DNA of 64,000 nucleotides from Balanoglossus misakiensis. Its lineage: Eukaryota > Animalia > Hemichordata. Below the pieces are notes generated by a model that saw nothing but the letters and a program-made list of their open reading frames with translations, had not been told where the DNA came from and ran no database searches. Below are positions 1 to 9,000 of the stretch, in pieces (position 1 is the first letter of the stretch; each line of letters opens with the position of its first letter). Where the stretch lies: the NCBI GenBank assembly GCA_040954595.2, contig CM082598.2, positions 8,943,097 to 9,007,096 on the forward strand, in the 5' to 3' direction. The translations under genes and the position numbers were made by a program.

Positions 1-1041
1 TAGAGTGTCGGGTCTTTTGCAGAGCCAGGCCGAAGGAAATCCGACTTGATCACCGTTGCTAACGAACACTAGTGTCTGTCATGGTGTGCCGGGGTTTTAG
101 TCGAGCCAGGCCGTAGGAGATCTGACTTGATCATCGTGGTCAATGTACGCGTGTTTCTGCTCTAAAGTGCCGGGGCTTCAGCTAAACCAGGCCGTAGGAA
201 ATCCGACGTAATCACCGTTGATAACTTACGCCAGTGTCTGTCATGGTGTGCCGGGGTTTTAGTCGAGCCAGGCCATAGGAGATCTGACTTGATCATCGTG
301 GTCAATGTACGCGTGTTTCCGCTCTAAAGTGCCGGGGCTTCAGCTAAATCAGGCCGTTAGAAATCCGACGTAATCACCATTGATAACTTACGCCAGTCTG
401 TGTCATATAGAGCCGGTGCACCAGCGGAGTCACGCCGTAGGAAATCTGACTTGATCAACGTGGTCAATGTACACCTGTTTCTGCTCTAGAGTGCCGGGGC
501 TTCAGCTGAGCCAGGCCGTAGGAAACCCGACGTGATTACCGTTGTTAACTTACGCCAGTCTGTGTACTATAGAGCCGGTGCACCAGCCGAGTCACGCCGT
601 AGGAAATCTGACTTGATCAACGTGGTCAATGTACGCCTGTTTCTGCTCTAGAGTGCCGGGGCTTCAGCTGAGCCAGGCCGTAGGAAACCCGACGTGATTA
701 CCGTTGTTAACTTACGCCAGTCTGTGTCCTATATATAGTGCCGGGGCATCAGCCGTGCCAGGCCGAAGGAAATGTGAGTAGATCAACGTGATCTCTGTAC
801 GCGTGTTTCTGCTCTAGAGTGCCGGGGTTTTATCCAAGCCATGCCGTAGAAAATCTGACTTGATCACCGTTGCTAACGTACGCTAGTGTCTGTCATATTG
901 TGACGGAGATTTAGCTGAGCCAGGCCGTAGAAAAATCGACTTGTTCAACGTTACCAGTGTGCAACTGTTTCTGCTCTAGAGTGTCAGAGTTTTAGCCGAC
1001 TTATGCTGTAGGAAATCTCAGTTGATGAACGGGAATTCAAT
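1..1041. repeat. GC-rich 81-bp minisatellite, 13 monomers (162-bp A/B dimer)
   Basis: GCCGTAGG-like core at 29, 110, 191, 272, 353, 434, 515, 596, 677, 762, 843, 924, 1005. Spacing is exactly 81 bp except one 85-bp variant (CCTATATATAG). Monomers alternate between CACCGTTG.TAAC-type and CAACGTGGTC..TGTACGC-type. Confidence 0.98.
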
Positions 1042-1084
1042 ATTAGAAAACCCGTGTGGAAAGTATCTCTACCCGTTTGAAACT

Positions 1085-1925
1085 AAGAAAAGAATTTATT
1101 CTTATTTATTTTGTAAAAAAGACAATTTTTCGAAAAAAAGTCGAAAATGGTAATTTTGTCTTGGGTGATTCAAATTATACCGCCTTTTCTGGAATTTGCA
1201 GCACTTTTTACAAGAGAACGACACTTCATGCTCCATAATATTTCCGAAAATTAATAAAAGAGTTAATTTTTATGATTTTTTAAAAATTTACCATTTTTGT
1301 CAAAATATGGCCAAAATGGCTATTTTTTCTTGAATTTTGTCAATATCTCTGCATTTTTGGAGTGGTCGAAAGTTTTAACATACAATCAACATGTCATATA
1401 TGATCAGGGCACCAAATTCGAAGAACAAAGGTTTTTTTATTTTTTTTTCTAAAAATGACATTTTCGAGGAAAATTTGGTAAAACGCAATTTTGTCTGCAG
1501 TGAGCCAAATTAGACTGTCTTTTGTGGAATTTGTATCGATATATACATACGAAGAGCATTCTATACTCCATCAGATTTCCGAAAATGTAGAAAACAGGTA
1601 TTTTTTCTAATTTTCAAAAATTTACCATTTTGACCAAATTATGGCTAAAATTGTTATTTTCCTCTTGGACGCCGCCAGTGTCACTGCTTTTAAGAGTCAT
1701 AAAAACTTTTAACATACAAGCAATTGTTTATATATGATCAGGTCACCGAATTAAAAAAATAAAGAATGTTTTGCCTAAAAATGACCTTTTTAGTGCAAAA
1801 AATGAATAAAACGCAATTTTGTATTAAATCAGCTCATTCAGAGTGCATTTTTAGAATCAGCACCATTTTTACATATTATGGACATTTAATACATCATCAG
1901 ATATCCAAATTTGAAAAAAATGATT
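1085..1925. repeat. AT-rich block of ~2.5 diverged ~335-bp repeats (present in every unit)
   Basis: TTTTAACATACAA at ~1373 and ~1707; ATATATGATCAGG.CACC.AATT twice; ATTTCCGAAAAT at ~1240 and ~1575; TAAAACGCAATTTTGT at ~1479 and ~1807; AAAAATTTACCATTTT at ~1282 and ~1616. Confidence 0.9.
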
Positions 1926-1989
1926 TAGATTTTAGCTGATTGTCCAAAATTAGCTGATATCTAATAAATGTAGTGTTGAACCATTCTGT

Positions 1990-2002
1990 CCCCCCCCCCC
2001 CC
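1990..2002. repeat. Length-variable poly-C tract marking each unit (poly-G on minus strand)
   Basis: C13 here; about C7 (60173) to about C16 (~52698) elsewhere. Interrupted alleles at ~32054 (T) and at ~36163, ~38221, ~54697 (A). Usually flanked by the 7-bp inverted repeat AATGTAG...CTACATT. Confidence 0.95.
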
Positions 2003-2213
2003 TACATTATATGCGGTACGCCGATGTCAGCTTACCCGGCAGTACTGCAGGCCGTGTCCCCAACTAACGTCGGTGTTTGAAACGCCCTGGTTAAATTCGG
2101 GCTTTCTCTATAAATTGACAGGCAATAATGCAGTCCTACCCGAACAAATGTCGAGTGTTGACCCGCTGTGACTTTCCCTCTTCGGTTTGCCCGACTTAGC
2201 CAACGTCTTTGTA
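2003..2213. other. Conserved single-copy linker of the unit, with stem-loop potential and a TATAAAT motif
   Basis: Near-identical in all copies and lacks the 81- or 335-bp periodicity. Inverted arms at 2018-2030/2064-2076, palindrome GCAGTACTGC at 2039-2048, TATAAAT at 2109-2115. Confidence 0.8.
2109..2115 (+). promoter_or_regulatory. TATA-box-like motif ~100 bp upstream of the 81-bp array (one per unit)
   Basis: CTCTATAAATTG in the moderately GC-rich linker, retained across copies. Motif match only; no functional evidence. Confidence 0.2.
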
Positions 2214-3093
2214 CTAGAGTGTCGGGTCTTTTACAGAGCCAGGCCGAAGGAAATCCGACTTGATCGCCGTTGCTAACGAACGCTAGTGTCTGTCATGGTG
2301 TGCCGGGGTTTAAGTCGAGCCAGGCCGTAGGAGATCTGACTTGATCATCGTGGTCAATGTACGCGTGTTTCCGCTCTAAAGTGCCGGGGCTTCAGCTAAA
2401 CCAGGCCGTAGGAAATCCGACGTAATCACCGTTGATAACTTACGCCAGTCTGTGTCATATAGAGCCGGTGCACCAGCCGAGTCACGCCGTAGGAAATCTG
2501 ACTTGATCAACGTGGTCAATGTACGCCTGTTTCTGCTCTAGAGTGCCGGGGCTTCAGCTGAGCCAGGCCGTAGGAAACCCGACGTGATTACCGTTGTTAA
2601 CTTACGCCAGTCTGTGTCCTATATATAGTGCCGGGGCATCAGCCGTGCCAGGCCGAAGGAAATGTGAGTAGATTAACGTGGTCTCTGTACGCGTGTTTCT
2701 GCTCTAGAGTGCCAGGGCTTTAACCAAGCCATGCCGTAGGAAATCTGACTTGATCAACGTTGCTAACGAACGCTAGTGTCTGTCATAGTGTGCCGGGGTT
2801 TTAGTCGAGCCAAGCCGTAGGAGATCAGACTTGATCAACGTGGTCTCTGTACGCGTGTTTCTGCTCTAGAGTGCCGGGGCTTTATCCAAGCCGTGCCGTA
2901 GAAAATCTGACTTGATCACCGTTGCTAACGTACGCTAGTGTCTGTCATATTGTGACGGAGATTTAGCCGAGCCAGGCCGTAGAAAAATCGACTTGTTCAA
3001 CGTTACCAGTGTGCAACTGTTTCTGCTCTAGAGTGTCAGGGTTTTAGCCGACTTATGCTGTAGGAAATCTGAGTTGATGAACGGGAATTCAAT
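2214..3093. repeat. GC-rich 81-bp minisatellite, modal 11-monomer form
   Basis: First core at 2243, last at 3057; 814 = 10x81+4. Confidence 0.96.
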
Positions 3094-6000
3094 GTTAGAA
3101 AACACGTGTGGAAAGTATCTCTACCCGTTTGAAACTAAGAAAAGAATTTATTCTTATTTATTTTGTAAAAAAGACAATTTTTCGAAAAAAAGTCGAAAAT
3201 GGTAATTTTGTCTTGGGTGATTCAAATTATACCGCCTTTTCTGGAATTTGCAGCACTTTTTACAAGAGAACGACACTTCATGCTCCATAATATTTCCGAA
3301 AATGAAGAAAAGAGTTAATTTTTTATGATTTTTTAAAAATTTACCATTTTTGTCAAAATATGGCCAAAATGGCTATTTTTTCTTGAATTTTGTCAATATC
3401 TCTGCATTTTTGGAGTGGTCGAAAGTCTTACATACAATCAACTTGTCAAATATGATCAGGGCAATAAATTCGAAGAACAAAGGTTTTTTTATTTTTTTTT
3501 CTAAAAATGACATTTTCAAGGAAAATTTGGTAAAACGCAATTTTGTCTGTAGTGAGCCAAATTAGACGGTCTTTTGTGGAATTTGTATCGATATTTACAT
3601 ACGAAGAGCATTCTATACTCCATCAGATTTCCGAAAATGTAGAAAAAAGGTATTTTTTGTAATTTTCAAAAATTTACCATTTTGACAAAATTGTGGCTAA
3701 AATTGTTATTTTCGTGTTGAATGCCGCCAGTGTCACTGCTTTTAAAATTCATAAAAACTTTTAACATACAAGCAATTGTTTATATATGATCAGGTCACCG
3801 AATTAAAAAAATAAATAATGTTTTGCCTAAAAATGACCTTTTTGGTGCAAAAACGAATAAAATGCAATTTTGTATTAAATCAGCTCATTCAGAGTGCATT
3901 TTTTATAATCAGCACCATTTTTACATATAATGGAAATTTCATACATCATCAGATATCCAAATATGAAAAAATGATTTAGATTTTAGATGATTGTCCAAAA
4001 TTAGCTGATATGTAATAAATGTAGTATTGAACCGTTCTGTTCCCCCCCCCCCCTACATTATATGCGGTACGCCGATGTCAGCTTACCCGGCAGTACTGCA
4101 GGCCGTGCCCCCAACTAACGTCGGTGTTTGAAACGCCCTGGTTAAATTCGGGCTTTCTCTATAAATTGACAGGCAATAATGCAGTCCTACCCGAACAAAT
4201 GTCGAGTGTTGACCCGCTGTGACTTTCCCTCTTCGGTTAGTCCGACTTAGCCAACGTCTTTGTACTAGAGTGTCGGGTCTTTTGCAGAGCCAGGCCGAAG
4301 GAAATCCGACTTGATCACCGTTGCTAACGAACGCTAGTGTCTGTCATGGTGTGCCGGGGTTTTAGTCCAGCCAGGCCGTAGGAGATCTGACTTGATCATC
4401 GTGGTCAATGTACGCGTGTTTCCGCTCTAAAGTGCTGGGGCTTCAGCTAAACCAGGCCGTAGGAAATCCGACGTAATCACCGTTGATAACTTACGCCAGC
4501 CTGTGTCATATAGAGCCGGTGCACCAGCCGAGTCACGCCGTAGGAAATCTGACTTAATCAACGTGGTCAATGTACGCCTGTTTCTGCTCTAGAGTGCCGG
4601 GGCTTCAGCTAAGCCAGGCCGTAGGAAACCCGACGTGATTACCGTTGTTAACTTACGCCAGTCTGTGTCCTATATATAGTGCCGGGGCATCAGCCGTGCC
4701 AGGCCGAAGGAAATGTGAGTAGATCAACGTGGTCTCTGTACGCGTGTTTCTGCTCTAGAGTGCCAGGGCTTTAGCCAAGCCGTGCCGTAGGAAATCTGAC
4801 TTGATCAACGTTGCTAACGAACGCTAGTGTCTGTCATAGTGTGCCGGGTTTTAGTCGAGCCAAGCCGTAGGAGATCAGACTTGATCAACGTGGTCTCTGT
4901 ACGCGTGTTTCTGCTCTAGAGTGCCGGGGCTTTATCCAAGCCGTGCCGTAGAAAATCTGACTTGATCACCGTTGCTAACGTACGCTAGTGTCTGTCATAT
5001 TGTGACGGAGATTTAGCTGAGCCAGGCCGTAGAAAAATCGACTTGTTCAACGTTACCAGTGTGCAACTGTTTCTGCTCTAGAGTGTCAGAGTTTTAGCCG
5101 ACTTATGCTGTAGGAAATCTGAGTTGATGAACGAGAATTCAACATTAGAAAACCCGTGTGGAAAGTATCTCTACCCGTTTGAAACTAAGAAAAGAATGTA
5201 ATCTTATTTATTTTGTAAAAAAGACAATTTTTCGAAAAAAAAGTCGAAAATGGTAATTTTGTCTTGGGTGATTCAAATTATACCGCCTTTTCTGGAATTT
5301 GCAGCACTTTTTACAAGAGAACGACACTTCATGCTCCATAATATTTCCGAAAATGAAGAAAAGAGTTAATTTTTTATGATTTTTTAAAAATTTACCATTT
5401 TTGTCAAAATATGGCCAAAATGGCTATTTTTTCTTGAATTCCGTCAATATCTCTGCATTTTTGGAGTGGTCGAAACTTTTAACATACAATCAACATGTCA
5501 TATATGATCAGGGCACCAAATTCGAAGAACAAAGGTTTTGTTATTTTTTTTTCTAAAAATGACATTTTCAAGGAAAATTTGGTAAAACGCAATTTTGTCT
5601 GTAGTGAGCCAAATTAGACGGTCTTTTGTGGAATTTGTATCGATATTTACATACGAAGAGCATTCTATACTCCATCAGATTTCCGAAAATGTAGAAAAAG
5701 GTATTTTTTGTAATTTTCAAAAATTTACCATTTTGACAAAATTGTGGCTAAAATTGTTATTTTCGTGTTGAATGCCGCCAGTGTCACTGCTTTTAAAATT
5801 CATAAAAACTTTTAACATACAAGCAATTGTTTATATATGATCAGGTCACCGAATTAAAAAAATAAATAATGTTTTGCCTAAAAATGACCTTTTTGGTGCA
5901 AAAACGAATAAAACGCAATTTTGTATTAAATCAGCTCATTCAGAGTGCATTTTTTATAATCAGCACCATTTTTACATATAATGGAAATTTCATACATCAT

Positions 6001-9000
6001 CAGATATCCAAATATGAAAAAATGATTTAGATTTTAGATGATTGTCCAAAATTAGCTGATATGTAATAAATGTAGTATTGAACCGTTCTGTCCCCCCCCC
6101 CCTACATTATATGCGGTACGCCGATGTCAGCTTACCCGGCAGTACTGCAGGCCGTGCCCCCAACTAACGTCGGTGTTTGAAACGCCCTGGTTAAATTCGG
6201 GCTTTCTCTATAAATTGACAGGCAATAATGCAGTCCTACCCGAACAAATGTCGAGTGTTGACCCGCTGTGACTTTCCCTCTTCGGTTAGTCCGACTTAGC
6301 CAACGTCTTTGTACTAGAGTGTCGGGTCTTTTGCAGAGCCAGGCCGAAGGAAATCCGACTTGATCACCGTTGCTAACGAACGCTAGTGTCTGTCATGGTG
6401 TGCCGGGGTTTTAGTCGAGCCAGGCCGTAGGAGATCTGACTTGATCATCGTGGTCAATGTACGCGTGTTTCCGCTCTAAAGTGCTGGGGCTTCAGCTAAA
6501 CCAGGCCGTAGGAAATCCGACGTAATCACCGTTGATAACTTACGCCAGTCTGTGTCATATAGAGCCGGTGCACCAGCCGAGTCACGCCGTAGGAAATCTG
6601 ACTTAATCAACGTGGTCAATGTACGCCTGTTTCTGCTCTAGAGTGCCGGGGCTTCAGCTAAGCCAGGCCGTAGGAAACCCGACGTGATTACCGTTGATAA
6701 CTTACGCCAGTCTGTGTCATATAGAGCCGGTGCACCAGCCGTGCCAGGCCGAAGGAAATGTGAGTAGATCAACGTGGTCTCTGTACGCGTGTTTCTGCTC
6801 TAGAGTGCCAGGGCTTTAGCCAAGCCATGCCGTAGGAAATCTGACTTGATCAACGTTGCTAACGAACGCTAGTGTCTGTCATAGTGAGCCGGGGTTTTAG
6901 TCGAGCCAAGCCGTAGGAGATCAGACTTGATCAACGTGGTCTCTGTACGCGTGTTTCTGCTCTAGAGTGCCGGGGCTTTATCCAAGCCGTGCCGTAGAAA
7001 ATCTGACTTGATCACCGTTGCTAACGTACGCTAGTGTCTGTCATATTGTGACGGAGATTTAGCTGAGCCAGGCCGTAGTAAAATCGACTTGTTCAACGTT
7101 ACCAGTGTGCAACTGTTTCTGCTCTAGAGTGTCAGAGTTTTAGCCGACTTATGCTGTAGGAAATCTGAGTTGATGAACGGGAATTCAACATTAGAAAACC
7201 CGTGTGGAAAGTATCTCTACCCGTTTGAAACTAAGAAAAGAATTTATTCTTATTTATTTTGTAAAAAAGACAATTTTTCGAAAAAAAAGTCGAAAATGGT
7301 AATTTTGTCTTGGGTGATTCAAATTATACCGCCTTTTCTGGAATTTGCAGCACTTTTTACAAGAGAACGACACTTCATGCTCCATAATATTTCCGAAAAT
7401 GAAGAAAAGAGTTAATTTTTTATGATTTTTTAAAAATTTACCATTTTTGTCAAAATATGGCCAAAATGGCTATTTTTTCTTGAATTTTGTCAATATCTCT
7501 GCATTTTTGGAGTGGTCGAAAGTCTTACATACAATCAACTTGTCAAATATGATCAGGGCAATAAATTCGAAGAACAAAGGTTTTTTTATTTTTTTTTCTA
7601 AAAATGACATTTTCATGGAAAATTTGGTAAAACGCAATTTTGTCTGCAGTGAGCCAAATTAGACTGTCTTTTATGGAATTTGTATCGATATATACATACG
7701 AAGAGCATTCTATACTCCATCAGATTTCCGAAAATGTAGAAAACAGGTATTTTTTGTAATTTTCAAAAATTTACCAATTTGACCAAATTGTGGCTAAAAT
7801 TGTTATATTCGTGTTGAATGCCGCCAGAGTCACTGCTTTTAAAAGTCATAAAAACTTTTAACATACAAGCAATTGTTTATATATGATCAGGTCACCGAAT
7901 TAAAAAAATAAAGAATGTTTAGCCTAAAAATGACCTTTTTGGTGCAAAAACGAATAAAACGCAATTTTGTATTAAATCAGCTCATTGAGAGTGCATTTTT
8001 TATAATCAGCACCATTTTTACCTATAATGGAAATTTCATACATCATCATATATCCAAATATGAAAAAATGATTTAGATTTTAGATGATTGTCCAAAATTA
8101 GCTGATATCTAATAAATGTAGTATTGAACCGTTCTGTTCCCCCCCCCCCCCCCTACATTATATGCGGTACGCCGATGTCAGCTTACCCGGCAGTACTGCA
8201 GGCCGTGCCCCCAACTAACTTCGGTATTTGAAACGCCCTGGTTAAATTCGGGCTTTCTCTATAAATTGACAGGCAATAATGCAGTCCTACCCGAACAAAT
8301 GTCGAGTGTTGACCCGCTGTGACTCTCCCTCTTCGGTTTGTCCGACGTAGCCAACGTCTTTGTACTAGAGTGTCGGGTCATTTGCAGAGCCAGGCCGAAG
8401 GAAATCCGACTTGATCACCGTTGCTAACGAACGCTAGTGTCTGTCATGGTGTGCCGGGATTTTAGTCGAGCGTGGCCGTAGGAGATCTGACTTGATCATC
8501 GTGGTCAATGTACGCGTGTTTCCGCTCTAAAGCTAAACCATGCCGTAGGAAATCCGACGTAATCACCGTTGATAACTTACGCCAGTCTCTGTCATATAGA
8601 GCCGGTGCACCAGCCGAGTCACGCCGTAGGAAATCTGACTTGATCAACGTGGTCAATGTACGCGTGTTTCTGCTCTAGAGTGCCAGGGCTTTAGCCAAGC
8701 CATGCTGTAGGAAATCTGACTTGATCAACGTTGCTAACGAACGCTAGTGTCTGTCATAGTGTGCCGGGGTTTTAGTCGAGCCAAGCCGTAGGAGATCAGA
8801 CTTGATCAACGTGGTCTCTGTACGCGTGTTTCTGCTCTAGAGTGCCGGGGCTTTATCCAAGCCATGCCGTAGAAAATCTGACTTGATCACCGTTGCTAAC
8901 GTACGCTAGTGTCTGTCATATTGTGACGGAGATTTAGCCGTGCCAGGCCGTAGAAAAATCGACTTGTTCAACGTTACCAGTGTGCAACTGTTTCTGCTCT

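Larger units (their letters stand above)
1990..4041. repeat. Representative complete 2052-bp unit (poly-C / linker / 81-bp array / AT-rich block)
   Basis: Runs from the poly-C at 1990 to the base before the next poly-C at 4042. The same module order is seen in every copy. Confidence 0.97.

Noticed and set aside
912-950. Pol III A-box-like TAGCTGAGCCAGG followed by GTTCAA (tRNA/SINE-like)
   Set aside because: B-box match is poor and too close, there is no cloverleaf, and it is not kept across monomers.
1-1041. 81 bp = 27 codons: possible tandem-repeat protein
   Set aside because: The three + frames and the best - frame hit stops at least once per few monomers (e.g. CTC TAG AGT, ACG TAA, AGC TAA), the 85-bp monomer shifts the frame, and the ORF track shows no long ORF in any frame.
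1-1041. CRISPR-like repeat-spacer array
   Set aside because: No unique spacers: whole monomers are homologous. No cas genes or prokaryotic context.
1056-1238. Recurrent short ORFs (MESISTRLK..., MSKYGQN..., MMNGNS..., MQHFLQ...)
   Set aside because: Mostly GTG/TTG starts, F/K/I/N-biased translations of A/T tracts, freely frameshifted or stopped between copies by homopolymer changes; no recognisable domain.
1943-2038. Spliced-leader-RNA-like signals on the minus strand (GG|GTAAG donor and AATTTTGGA Sm-like site)
   Set aside because: The two motifs are ~85 nt apart across a variable poly-G run and I could not build the expected stem-loops. An Rfam or SL-exon search of transcript 5' ends would be needed to revive this.
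2084-2135. Twister-ribozyme-like GGCAATAATGCAG segment
   Set aside because: No P2 partner strand or pseudoknot pairings found.
5990-6003. Hammerhead-like CTGATGA-TGTAT-GAAA on the minus strand (and TTGATGA...GAAAC at ~1022-1083 on plus)
   Set aside because: No stem II can form from TGTAT and there is no stem I partner after an NUH site; it is a diverged copy of the AT repeat. The plus-strand case lacks the canonical CUGA core.
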